NCBI RefSeq assembly: GCF_009914755.1
Contig: NC_060940.1
From: the human T2T-CHM13v2.0 reference genome, Homo sapiens
Strand: one strand, 5' to 3'
Length of the DNA stretch: 64,000 nt
Position 1 is the stretch's first letter, and every line of letters starts with the position of its first letter. Of the stretch, positions 39,052 to 59,749 are shown one piece after another. The position numbers were made by a program, and so were the translations under genes. The notes beneath the pieces are model-generated. The model was not told the origin of the DNA. It did no database searches and saw only the letters and a program-made list of their open reading frames with translations.

Positions 39052-39555
39052 CACTATCCATTTTTGTCCAGAACCTGTCCTCAGCATGGATTCCTGACTC
39101 CTCTTCTCCACCCCACTCTATACTTTTGCTGTGTTGGGTGGAGGAGTGAGCACTGGAGTGGGGTCAGGCAGCTATAAACAAGAATTGCTCCCAGCTGCTG
39201 GGCTTTCTGAGTGCTTTTCATGCATTAAAGACCCTCTGAAGCTGGTACTGTTATTACCCCTTTGGTCAGAGGAGGAAATTGGGCCTCAGGCTACAGCTGA
39301 TGCTTAGTTGTTCTGAATCCCCGCTCCTAGAGCTGACTGTCCCAGAGTGTAGACATTGGACCCTAAGTGGCTTCTCAGAAGCTCCAAGGGTAGGGTCTTG
39401 GAGGGCTCAGAATCCTCTGGTCACCATCCTTCCACATGAGAACAGAAAAACTGCATCTCTTTCCTGGAGCCTGGAGAGGCCGAGATCAGGGGCTGGGGCC
39501 GAGGGTGACCTCTCTGGGCTCCAGCTTGTGAATTCACTGGGGACCCCTCCCCTAG

Positions 39556-39679
39556 GCCCCTACGGCGCCAACATGGAAGACAGCGTCTGCTGCCGTGATT
39601 ACGTCCGTTACCGTCTGCCCCTGCGCGTGGTGAAACACTTCTACTGGACCTCAGACTCCTGCCCGAGGCCTGGCGTGGT
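39556..39679 (+). CDS. CCL22: CCL22 exon 2 (CC motif)
   Basis: Acceptor CCCCTAG; [42 protein letters not shown]; donor GTGAGT at 39680; 124 nt. Confidence 0.98.
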
Positions 39680-40101
39680 GTGAGTAGGGAGCTGGGGCCA
39701 CAGGGCCTTGGTGGGCCTGACGGGTACAGCCTGGGATGGCCCAGGTGCTGGTGGGTGGGACACACCCAGGGATGAGAGGAATGTGGCAGGGCTACCAGAT
39801 GCCTGCCAGGATGGCTTGGCTGGAAGAGATGGCTCAGTTCAGGCTTGGGTGGACTACAAACAAAAATAATGTGATCGTTTAGCCAATATCCTCAGGCGCT
39901 TACTAGGTGCCAGGCAACATGTCAGGTTCTGAGGATGCAGAGCTGAGTGAACAGGGTGCCACCAGAGTGTGGGTATGGCAGTAGGTAGTCAGTAGCTGTG
40001 GCATCTAGGGTATTTGGGTATAGCAGGTATAGGAGTATACCTAGTGCCACTGAGTCAGCAAAGATGCTTCCAGGTTCTGGGCAAAAATGGATGGTGAACC
40101 A

Positions 40102-42449
<2,348 letters not shown>

Positions 42450-42618
42450 TAAATTTTGAACCACTCTATTTAGCAGATAATGTCATATGTAGTAGGTGAC
42501 TCATAAATGCTGAGCCCTGCATAAAGTAGGTGGCTCATAAATGCTAAGCTCCCGAGGGTGTGGCATCCTTGCTGCGTGCTAATGTTGCTGCATTGTCTCT
42601 GGGGTCTCCTTCTTCCAG

Positions 42619-42703
42619 GTTGCTAACCTTCAGGGATAAGGAGATCTGTGCCGATCCCAGAGTGCCCTGGGTGAAGATGATTCTCAATAAGCTGAGCCAA
42701 TGA
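42619..42703 (+). CDS. CCL22: CCL22 exon 3 CDS
   Basis: Acceptor TTCTTCCAG; [27 protein letters not shown] (TGA 42701-42703); spliced CDS 73+124+85=282 nt, 93 aa. Confidence 0.98.
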
Positions 42704-43452
42704 AGAGCCTACTCTGATGACCGTGGCCTTGGCTCCTCCAGGAAGGCTCAGGAGCCCTACCTCCCTGCCATTATAGCTGCTCCCCGCCAGAAGCCTGTGC
42801 CAACTCTCTGCATTCCCTGATCTCCATCCCTGTGGCTGTCACCCTTGGTCACCTCCGTGCTGTCACTGCCATCTCCCCCCTGACCCCTCTAACCCATCCT
42901 CTGCCTCCCTCCCTGCAGTCAGAGGGTCCTGTTCCCATCAGCGATTCCCCTGCTTAAACCCTTCCATGACTCCCCACTGCCCTAAGCTGAGGTCAGTCTC
43001 CCAAGCCTGGCATGTGGCCCTCTGGATCTGGGTTCCATCTCTGTCTCCAGCCTGCCCACTTCCCTTCATGAATGTTGGGTTCTAGCTCCCTGTTCTCCAA
43101 ACCCATACTACACATCCCACTTCTGGGTCTTTGCCTGGGATGTTGCTGACACTCAGAAAGTCCCACCACCTGCACATGTGTAGCCCCACCAGCCCTCCAA
43201 GGCATTGCTCGCCCAAGCAGCTGGTAATTCCATTTCATGTATTAGATGTCCCCTGGCCCTCTGTCCCCTCTTAATAACCCTAGTCACAGTCTCCGCAGAT
43301 TCTTGGGATTTGGGGGTTTTCTCCCCCACCTCTCCACTAGTTGGACCAAGGTTTCTAGCTAAGTTACTCTAGTCTCCAAGCCTCTAGCATAGAGCACTGC
43401 AGACAGGCCCTGGCTCAGAATCAGAGCCCAGAAAGTGGCTGCAGACAAAATC

Positions 43453-43458
43453 AATAAA
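43453..43458 (+). terminator. CCL22: Candidate proximal poly(A) signal of CCL22
   Basis: AATAAA upstream of the 3'UTR Alus; usage cannot be shown from sequence. Confidence 0.4.
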
Positions 43459-43833
43459 ACTAATGTCCCTCCCCTCTCCCTGCCAAAAGGCAGTTACATA
43501 TCAATACAGAGACTCAAGGTCACTAGAAATGGGCCAGCTGGGTCAATGTGAAGCCCCAAATTTGCCCAGATTCACCTTTCTTCCCCCACTCCCTTTTTTT
43601 TTTTTTTTTTGAGATGGAGTTTCGCTCTTGTCACCCACGCTGGAGTGCAATGGTGTGGTCTTGGCTTATTGAAGCCTCTGCCTCCTGGGTTCAAGTGATT
43701 CTCTTGCCTCAGCCTCCTGAGTAGCTGGGATTACAGGTTCCTGCTACCACGCCCAGCTAATTTTTGTATTTTTAGTAGAGACGAGGCTTCACCATGTTGG
43801 CCAGGCTGGTCTCGAACTCCTGTCCTCAGGTAA

Positions 43834-44393
<560 letters not shown>

Positions 44394-44646
44394 TAAATAG
44401 CTGACAATCAAATTCATGCTATGGTGTGAAAGACTACCTTTGACTTGGTATTATAAGCTGGAGTTATATATGTATTTGAAAACAGAGTAAATACTTAAGA
44501 GGCCAAATAGATGAATGGAAGAATTTTAGGAACTGTGAGAGGGGGACAAGGTGAAGCTTTCCTGGCCCTGGGAGGAAGCTGGCTGTGGTAGCGTAGCGCT
44601 CTCTCTCTCTGTCTGTGGCAGGAGGCAAAGAGTAGGGTGTAATTGA

Positions 44647-44919
<273 letters not shown>

Positions 44920-45287
44920 TAAAGGACATAAATGTTACAAGTGTCTGGTCCTTTCTGAGGGAGGCTGGTGCCGCTCTGCAGGGTATTTGAACCTGTGGAA
45001 TTGGAGGAGGCCATTTCACTCCCTGAACCCAGCCTGACAAATCACAGTGAGAATGTTCACCTTATAGGCTTGCTGTGGGGCTCAGGTTGAAAGTGTGGGG
45101 AGTGACACTGCCTAGGCATCCAGCTCAGTGTCATCCAGGGCCTGTGTCCCTCCCGAACCCAGGGTCAACCTGCCTGCCACAGGCACTAGAAGGACGAATC
45201 TGCCTACTGCCCATGAACGGGGCCCTCAAGCGTCCTGGGATCTCCTTCTCCCTCCTGTCCTGTCCTTGCCCCTCAGGACTGCTGGAA

Positions 45288-45293
45288 AATAAA
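45288..45293 (+). terminator. CCL22: Distal poly(A) signal of CCL22
   Basis: AATAAA followed by a GT/T-rich downstream element (GTGTCTGCTTTGGTTT). Confidence 0.85.
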
Positions 45294-46609
45294 TCCTTTA
45301 AAATAGTGTCTGCTTTGGTTTCCTGGCATTTGCTGTCCCTGTGAGATGGGGCAGGGGGCACCATGATCCCCTCTATCCCACTGGGGAAGCCTTCCCATTG
45401 AAATAGGTGGTGACTTGCCCAAGGTCACCCTGTGAGTGGTGGGAGTCAGGGCTGGACACAAGGGCCTGGGAGGTGGCTGCACAGGTGCTGATGGAGAAGC
45501 CCAGACATTTGTCCCAGAGTTCCCAGCCCACCTTGGGACCAGCTGTCAGGAGGATTTGATGAAACCATTAAAGCAGTCCCCACATCTCGAGCTTTCAGCA
45601 GCATAATCACTCAGCCACTCAGCCTTCACCTTCCCCCTGCACGGGCAGACACTGGAGAAAGGGAGGGAGTATTAGTCAGGAAAGGCTACCTCCTGCAACA
45701 AACACCTCCAAATCTCAGTGGCTCAACTCAGCAGAAGCTATTTCTTCTCACACGAAGTCTAATCAAGCATTCTCAGTCTTAGGCAACCTTCCATGTGGTC
45801 ATTTCAGGGACCGAGGCCCCTTCCTTCTGGTACAGCCAGCGTGGTCACAGGCAGAGGAAATGCTAAGCACACGTGGGCAATCCTCCTTACTGGCCAGAAA
45901 AGATAAGCTGGGAGAGCTGGGTGGGACTGGGTCCCAGGGGCCCTGGAGGTGGCGGCAGGGGAGGCCCCCTGGTCATGCCCATCCCTTCTCCCATCCTGGT
46001 CCTGCAGGAGTGCCCCGATCTCCCCATCCTCCTCTCCAGAGCTGTTTCTGTGCTACTTCCAGGGCTGGGGAGTCCCTCATATCCCTCAAGAACAGCACAG
46101 GCTCCCTGCTCTCTGGGGCACAGGGTCCTGGCCACCTGAGGGCTTGTGGAAGGTGGGGACAAGGACACCCCCATTCTCACCACCCCCACCCCACCCCAGA
46201 GGAAATTTTTGCCGTCCAGTGCTACCCATTTTTTTTTCTCATCATTACTCTAGTTATCCCTCAGTCCAAGACCTTCCCAGCTCTCTCTGGCCTGTGAACA
46301 GCATCCTCATTCTTCACTCCCGCTTCACAATTCTCTGCAGTTGGGCCTAGCCGCAGCCTCCATTGGAGCCAATGGCATCCAGCCATTCCTCACCCCTGAA
46401 TACGTACTGTGCCTTCCACCTTGGTGAGGCTTTCACCTCTGCCTGGAATGGTCTGTCAAAATCCTGCCTAGGTGCATGTGGCAGGGTGCCAGCCCAGCAT
46501 GCCACAGCTGACTTGCAAATCACAAGGGGACTAATTCTTCTATAATAAAGATGTCTAGCAATCACCCATCGATCCATCAATCCCATCCATCCAAGGAAAA
46601 TTGGAGCAA

Positions 46610-48640
<2,031 letters not shown>

Positions 48641-49069
48641 AGAGACAAAGCAAAATTCTGCCCATCTTCAGATGGAAAGATCATCTCTCTCACCCACCTT
48701 TCTTGTTTCCCCAACAAGCATGCAGTTCTCCCTTCCTGCCCGAGCCCACAGCCTCTAGCCCTCTGGTAGGGCTGGCAACTTCTCTCTCCTACTGAGCTAC
48801 AGCTCCTGGGGGCAAGGACTTCAGCTCACTTGCCTTTGTGTCCCCCATCCCACCACATTGCCTGGCACACACCGGGCTCAATAACAGATACTAATGCCTC
48901 CTGCGTGCCAGGCACTGTGAAAGTCCTTAGTTTTATTCACTGTCGTGGTGGCTTGATGAGGTGGCTGTTTGCATCCCATTTTACATATAGGGAAGCTGAA
49001 ATGCAGAGAGAGGTTAAGTCACTTGCCCAAGGGAACACCCCTTATCCGTGGTGGAGTCCTGCTGATGTA

Positions 49070-50241
<1,172 letters not shown>

Positions 50242-51338
50242 TGAGCATGAGTGGACCTTGGCTCCTGCCAAGGGTGTTCCGCTACTTCAAGAAGTATCTA
50301 GCCTCCTAACCCCTAACCCCATGCACCAGGCAGCCCATTGGGTTGGGTGGGGGGGCGGGGGGGGGTGGTTGAGGAGAGAGAGGTCCCTGGCCTTGGGATC
50401 TGTGGCCCCTCTGCCCAGCCCAACTGGCTCATAGCGTGGGATGCTGGCTCCACAACTGGTTTCCCTCAGATTGGCAGCCTGGAGACACCAGTACAGCTCA
50501 GTCCTATACCAAGGCAGAGCTGCTGACTCTTCTGGAGTCTCAGGGATTGTTGCCACTGCCTTTAGGGAAGGCTGCCATGAAGGCAGACTGTGTTCTAATG
50601 TGCTCCCAAGGCTGGCAAGCCTCTGCACCCTTCGGTGAGAGCCTGTTGGAGGGCCGGTGCTGGGAAGCCCTCTCCCCATTGCACTAGCCCAATGCTCTCT
50701 TTGGGCAGATAGAGAACTCAGGCCCCACGAGAGGCAAGCCTTATCCAAGCCACGGCTACAGAGTTGAGGAGCCAAGAGCCACAGAGTTATCGGGGATGGG
50801 TTGGCAGCCACCTTGTTCTTTGGGCTAACAGGGGCCAGAGCAGAGGTGGGAGTGGGTGCAAAGCAGGGAGCGGGAGACCGGGAGGTGGAGGCAGGGAGGC
50901 CAGGGCTCTCTCCTGGGTCCTGAGCTGTCCACATTCTGCTCATCATGGTGGTGGGAGGGGAGTTCTCCACTCTGATGCTGTGGATAACCTGGGGTGGCTC
51001 CGGGCCTCAGTTTCCCCATCTATCCATATGAAGTTGGACTCAATCCTTCTTTCAGCAGACCCTGCACCAAGCCCCTGCTGACTTCAGGCTCCCTGCTGGG
51101 CTCTGGAGATGCATAGATCAACAAGGTCCCCCAGGAGCTTGGGATTCTAAGAGGGGAAATTTAGGGGTCCATCCTGATGTGGGCGAGGCATTCTCTGGAT
51201 CAAAGAAGAGCTTGTCAGACCCAGGATGGAGGGGCCCTGAGTCTCTCCCGGCCCCTTGGCGCCCCGCTCTCTATTCCACGGCCTGCTGGCCTTTTGTGTG
51301 TTGCCCACTTAGGATCAAGGGCCCCAGGCCAGATCCTA

Positions 51339-51359
51339 GGGCATGTTCCCAGCTTGTGG
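51339..51359 (+). promoter_or_regulatory. CX3CL1: p53 response element in the CX3CL1 promoter
   Basis: GGGCATGTTC-C-CAGCTTGTGG: perfect RRRCWWGYYY half-site, 1-bp spacer, degenerate second half-site. CX3CL1 is an established p53 target. Confidence 0.7.
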
Positions 51360-51405
51360 CAGGAGAGGAGGCCTTTGTACCCAGGCAGGCCCAGTCCAGC
51401 CTCCC

Positions 51406-51417
51406 GGGGAAGGTCCC
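51406..51417 (+). promoter_or_regulatory. CX3CL1: NF-kB-like site in the CX3CL1 promoter
   Basis: GGGGAAGGTCCC about 165 bp upstream of the TATA box. Confidence 0.55.
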
Positions 51418-51576
51418 AGTATGACAAGCCTAGGATGGTGAGAAGCCCAGGGACACAAAGCCGGCTTGGTTCCTTGGCAACATCCTGAGGAATCCAGCGG
51501 CTGCACACTGGCTCCCTTCCTCTCCCCTCCCACCCTCCTGCCTGCGGGGGCTGGAGGCGGAGGCAGCCAACCCCAT

Positions 51577-51583
51577 TATAAAA
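51577..51583 (+). promoter_or_regulatory. CX3CL1: CX3CL1 TATA box
   Basis: TATAAAA about 105 bp before the ATG, preceded by GC-box-like GGAGGCGGAG. Confidence 0.85.
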
Positions 51584-51685
51584 AGCCACAGATCTCTGGC
51601 GGCGGCAAGGGGACAGCACTGAGCTCTGCCGCCTGGCTCTAGCCGCCTGCCTGGCCCCCGCCGGGACTCTTGCCCACCCTCAGCC

Positions 51686-51755
51686 ATGGCTCCGATATCT
51701 CTGTCGTGGCTGCTCCGCTTGGCCACCTTCTGCCATCTGACTGTCCTGCTGGCTG
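51686..51755 (+). CDS. CX3CL1: CX3CL1 exon 1 CDS (signal peptide)
   Basis: Kozak GCCATGG; MAPISLSWLLRLATFCHLTVLLA plus 1 nt; donor GTAAGT at 51756. Confidence 0.98.
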
Positions 51756-53759
51756 GTAAGTGGGGCTTGACTTGGGCACAAACAGGGTAGGGAGCCCCCA
51801 GCCCCTTGTCTATCCCTCAAGCCTGACATCAGGGGCCCCAGACCCTGCCTGGGTAAAGCTCAAGGCCGGTGGCAGCCGCTTCCCCAGGGATGTGCGAGAG
51901 GGGGCTGGGCACCTCGCTTCCCCCAGATGCAGCGCTGGACAGATTTCCAGTTGCCAGCGACCGCCCTGCCTGGCCCAGCGAGCAAAGTGGCTGTGCCTGG
52001 AAGCACAGAGAGGTGGTGTGGGTGGCATAAGGGAGCCAGGTGTGGGTGTGCCAGGAGGGCGGGGGTGGAGAGAGCCTGCAGAAGCTCCTGCTGGGCACTG
52101 GGGTGGGAGGCCCTGGCTGACAGTGGCTGGCTCTTTCCATCAAGCGTTAATGTGTAACCCGCAGCCCTGGCCCTGGGCCAGGCCACAGTTGGGACTTTCT
52201 CCTGTCCTGTTTTCAAAGCCCCCAGGATTAGGGGGCCCAGGACCAGTGAAGGTCAAGGTCACTGCAGCTCATGGTTGGGGCTTGCCACTGCTGTGCTAGT
52301 CTATAGCCCCAGTTGCTCTGCCTGTGTCTACCCGTCATGCTGTCTTCCTCCTCCAAGCACAGTGTAGAAAATGCTTTTGCCTCTAGTCACTTGCTTACTG
52401 AAGCCCAGGACCTGGTAGGGGTACATAATTAACCATCCTACCTGATATGGATAAGATGGAGGCCCAGAGAGGTTTAGAAACTGGCCTGACAATGCACAGC
52501 CAGCAAGTAGGGCAGGAGAAGGTAAGACACATGGGACTGAATGCAGGAGAGAGCACAGATGCACACTCACCACCTCTGTGGGCCACATCACCTCCATGAA
52601 CCGCTAGCCAGCCCCCTCCTCAGGGAGTGCCCCCACCATCTGGCAGGGTGACCTTCAGAGAAGGTGGGCACACAGCAAGTCTGGGAGAATGAGAAGTAGT
52701 CCCCACTGTCCAGATATTTCCATGGAGCAAACTCACCCTGGGGCAGGGAGCAGGTGTGTGGGTGGGTGGGCACGTGAGAGTGGTGGAGGCAAATTCCTGC
52801 TGGCTTCCTGCTGTCTGGGCTGGGGCCCTGAAGCCTGAGGTGTCTGCGGACAGTGAGATCTGGAAAGCAGGGAGTCAGATGGCGGCTGCTTTGCCACAGT
52901 CCTGTTATGTGACCGTGAGCAGGGTCTTGCCTCCTCTGGTCCCAGTTGCTGCATCTTTAAATATAGCTATTACCTCTCCGGTGGATTGGGGGAGGGTGAC
53001 GAGGTTCCAATGCCTATGGAGGTGTTTTGAAGAGGGCGGAGGAGGAGGATTACTTTTACTAAGCTGAGAGAGGGAAGGGTCCTAGGCTAGGATGGAAAGG
53101 GGACACTGGGGGACCCTGGGTGCTCAGACTAGCAGCCTGAGGCTTTAGAACCAGGCTTCTGCCCTCATCTTGGTCATTGGCTTTACTGGAAGATCCTGGG
53201 CATTATTGGAACCTTTCTCAGCCTCACTTTCTCCTCCTGTAAAACTAGGCATTTGACCAGGCTCACCTTGGAAGTCCTCTCCCACGCTGACATGTATGGC
53301 TCTGAGAGGCCCTCGGGAGCCCCTGTAGGACAAGGGGGTGGTTTGGAAGCCAGAGAGACCCCGAGAGGAGGCTGGGGGGTTCGTAGCTGCTGCCCTGACT
53401 AGTGTGGGGCAGCTGCGTCAGTCCCCAAATGTGGGTTTGTGGGGCTGTGTCAGGCAGGAGGCTTCTGTACTTTATATAACAAACCTGCAGCTACGAGTCA
53501 GTGCAGAGCATTGCCCCCCCACTCCAAGAGCTGACGCATTCACTCCCACTCAAGTCCTGGCAAGAAAGAGAAAAAAAAACGAATCTGTTTTAAGCTCCTA
53601 TAGCCTACCCGCCTCATTAGCAGTGGGGGTGGATGGGGAGGGCATGGGAGGATAAATTCAAGAGTGTCAGATCCAGGCCCCTGTCTAATTTAAATAAAAA
53701 TTCCTCCATTTTTCTGTTGGTTAAGGTATTATGCCACAAAGCGCTTCCTTAGGCATTTT

Positions 53760-54645
<886 letters not shown>

Positions 54646-55557
54646 CCCTAAGGGAAAAATGCTCCAGAAGTTAAAAAATTCTTATTCTCACAACCACACT
54701 GTGAAGCAGGTATTGTCACATCCATTTTACAAGTAAGGAAACTGAGGCTCAGGGAGTCCGAGTGACTTGCTCAGGACACACAGCTGGGCAATGGCTCAAG
54801 CCCTCCCTTTATCACCTCATCCAGCAACCCAGGACATTTCCTGAGTCTCCTTCTAAGACCCTGGAAGACTCTTAGAAGTCCTTGAGGTCCAGCCTAAAGG
54901 AGAATTCCTCCAAGAAGCCTCCCCTGACCATTTGAAGTTGGAAGTGGTCTCTCCCTCATGTAAACCCCAATATGTTTGTGGTATGTTCTGGAACACTGTG
55001 TTTCTACCTGGCATCTAGGGTAGCCTAGAACAGTGGGGTGTTTAGGGGCTGAGTAGAAAACTAGCTCTGCCACCATGCAGCTGTGTGGCACTGGGCACAT
55101 TTAGCCTCTCTTATTTCCAGCTTCTGCATCTGTAAAGTTGGGATAATACTCCCTTTGCAGGAATGTTGGGAATTAAAGAGAGCAGATGTGTACATGCTGG
55201 ACACAGGGTCCAATACACAGTAGGTGTTCAATTAAAAAAAATAAATAAAACCTCTGATACTTTGTGTGCCTAATTTACCTGTCCATCAGGCTGGGAGCCT
55301 TCTGAGGCCAGAGGCATTCCTTGTTCATCTCACTGTACCTCACAGCACCCAGCACAGGGCCTGGCAAGAGGAACCAGCATTTGTTGGTTGACTGAATAAA
55401 CAGAGTGATCTGATGGCATTTATTGGGATGGAAGCACTCTCTTCAAACTCAGCACCAGTGCCTATGGGAGAAAGAGCTCAAGGTTAAGGATAAGAGGGCC
55501 TGAGATTTTTGTATATACTCAAAAGTAATTCCAGCCAGTGTTGGCTGAATCAGGAAG

Positions 55558-55885
55558 TGGATGGATGGATGGATGGATGGATGGATGGATGGATGGATGG
55601 ATGGATGGATGGGTGGATAGATGGATGAATGGATGGATGGATGGATGGGTGGATGGATGGACAGATGGATGGATGGAAGAAGGGATGGGGAGGGGATGAT
55701 GAGGGATGGATGAGTAGGTGAGATAAAAGGGGGCGGAAGATTGACAGGTGGTAGGTAGGGGAGAGGGAGTGGGTAGATGGATGAATGGAGATGAATAGGG
55801 GTTGGGCAGGAGGTGGCAGGTGGGCGAGGAATGGGTAGAAGATTGATAAGAGTGGGTGGACGGGTGGATGGATAGGTAGATAGAT
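55558..55885 (+). repeat. (GGAT)n tetranucleotide microsatellite with degenerate G-rich extension
   Basis: Near-pure TGGA run 55558-55677, degenerate to ~55885. Confidence 0.92.
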
Positions 55886-57391
55886 GCATTAAAGAGAGAT
55901 AAGTAAACTGAGACTAATTTCATTCAATGAATATTGATTGAGTATCCACCTTGTGCTTGATGCTGGGAAACTATGATACCAAGACAGACAAGGTCCCTGC
56001 CTTCCTGACACTCCTATGACAGATAATATATGACTGGCTGGATGAGGCATTGTCTCCATTTACAGAAAGGAAAATTTCAGCTCTGAGAAGGGACAGGCTC
56101 CCCAGGTCAGTTAAACAATCTTCCTGGCAGAACCAAGAACTGAGCCGGGCCAGGACCATTCAGGGACCGTGGCAGAGGGTGGGGACTTTGGAGACAGGAT
56201 GACTCTGTGGCTCTTTAAAGCCCTGGAGGTGGGCAATGGCTTTTCCCATCTTGGATTTGGGGAGCACAGAATGGACCTTCTTTCCTATCCATTGGGCAGC
56301 CTCCCTTGCCTCCTCCTGTCTCTGGTCACTCAGGGGCACCGTATTTTCTGGGGCTTCCCAAAGAAGACACCTGCAGGCCATTTTAGGGGACTGCCACCTG
56401 GCTCCACTCAATAGGGCCTGGGGAGGCTGCAGGTGAGTCAGTCTGAGGTTCCATTGCAGAAGGAGGGTGGCCAGCCCACACAGTGACTTTTATATCCTGG
56501 TTACTCAGAGAGAAAGGACAGCCCTGTGACCTGGGGAGCCCCTCCTGCACACAGCCCCCAACCCCCTGAAGCTACTAGTGCTTCTCCTTGATGACTCAAC
56601 CCAGACCTGCCGGCCCTAAACCACCTTCCCACAAAGCAGGGTGGGCCAAAGCTAAGGGGGAGCGATGGAGAGAGGAAGCAGCAGACTCTACAAAGTCTCT
56701 CTGTGTGTGCAAGCGTGCATGTGCCTGTATTTGGGAAAGTGGTGTATGTTTGCATGGCCACATATATGTAAATATTTATGCATGAGCAGTTCGTGTTCTG
56801 GTGGAGCCCAGGGATGCCCTGGGGGTTTCCCAGGCTCTGAAGGGCTAGATAAGATCAGCTTGCTCTCTTGACTGCCCTGGTCTCCAGATGTTTGCAAAAC
56901 CCTCTGGGGTCTTGCTTTTGCTGCATATAACCTTGACTCAGATCTGAAACTCAAGCTCTTCCTTGTTTTTTATACTCATCCTCCTTGAGCTCAAGCTAAG
57001 CAGAAGAAAATTTGCTGGAGATTATAGAGGAAGAGAAAAGGTGGAAATTCAATGTAAACAACTTCAAATGTTTATATCAAATAGTTGGGTTTATTTGTCC
57101 TGTCCCGGGGTTTCTCTCTGGTTCCACGTGACACTCAGCTACTGCCTGCCCCTTCCGCCCCACTCTGCCCCCACCTTATTCATACCGTCCATCTCCAACC
57201 CTCCTCCTTACTCTTCTTGCTCCAGGAATTTCAAATGCCTCTTCCCTCCTAGGCAGGATGACTCAGTACCTTTCAGCAACTGCTCTCGGGCTCATTCTGG
57301 CTCTCAGCAGCAGAACAAAGGATCATCTATTCAGCAGACCCCACCTTCCTTAGAAAGCAGTTGTACTTATATATTTTTTAAAAAGTTTATT

Positions 57392-57989
<598 letters not shown>

Positions 57990-58169
57990 TGGCAGCGGGA
58001 AGAAATAAGGCAGAGGTGAGGGGATAGGCAAGGCCACAGGCCCGGTGGGGACTAGAGCAGGAGAACCTGCTCCATCACTTGCTGGCTGTGTGACCTTAGC
58101 AGGTCCCTGTCACTCTCAGATTCATCCCCCCTGCTGCACAATGGACCACTTAATTTTAAAAATTAACTC

Positions 58170-58460
<291 letters not shown>

Positions 58461-58754
58461 TTAAACTCTTAATATGTGCCAGGCAAAAAGAACTCTATAA
58501 ATAAGAATTCACGTTTCTTATTCTTACAACAAGACTATGAGGTAGATGCTATTTTTGTTCCTATTTTACAGGTGGGGAAACTGAGGCATAGAGAAGTTTG
58601 GCAGGGGAGGGAGGCTGAGTCAAAGGCCTTGAAGGCCAGGGTGTACAGGGGATCAGTTTTGGCTTGGGTGGTGTGGCCGGGACAATCTGGCACGGGGTTG
58701 GGAAGCCAGATGCCCACAGACATCCCTGCTGACCAGGAACCTCTTTGAACTCAG

Positions 58755-58875
58755 GACAGCACCACGGTGTGACGAAATGCAACATCACGTGCAGCAAGAT
58801 GACATCAAAGATACCTGTAGCTTTGCTCATCCACTATCAACAGAACCAGGCATCATGCGGCAAACGCGCAATCAT
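58755..58875 (+). CDS. CX3CL1: CX3CL1 exon 2 (CX3C motif)
   Basis: Acceptor TTTGAACTCAG; GQHHGVTKCNITCSKMTSKIPVALLIHYQQNQASCGKRAII; donor GTAGGT at 58876; 121 nt. Confidence 0.98.
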
Positions 58876-59371
58876 GTAGGTACTGCCCTCGAGGCCTCTG
58901 AAATCCCCTTTGGGCCCTTGGAATATTCCCAGACCTCTGAGAATCTACGTCCACACCTCCGCTCCCAGACCTGGGCTCCCAGCCAAAGGCCTCAGCACAC
59001 GCTTCTCTTGCCCCTGGCCTGCAGGCCACCTCACTGACCTTAATTTCTGTGCCACATGGCTAAGGTGGAGAGTGGCTTCCTGAATGGCCCAGTGTGGCTG
59101 GGTGGCAGCCACCCTGGCTTGTGGCCTGGAGCAGCCATGAAGGGTGGTAATTCCTCCTGGGCTGAAGCACATGTTACCCCACACTCGAACCCACTATATT
59201 TCATGGGGCGGTGTGGGTAGGTGTAAAGCATGAGGGTCTTACTTAAAATGCAGGTTCCAGACTCTAACAGACCTGATGCAAATCCTGCCTTCCCTCTTAC
59301 TGGCTGGGTGGCCCTGCTTCCATTGCTTACTTTTTGCAACTTGGTTTCCTTGTCTGTAAAATGGGTAGCTA

Positions 59372-59749
<378 letters not shown>

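Noticed and set aside
50287-50970. 227-aa minus-strand ORF upstream of CX3CL1
   Set aside because: GC-rich chance ORF with no homology I recognise and no gene-structure support
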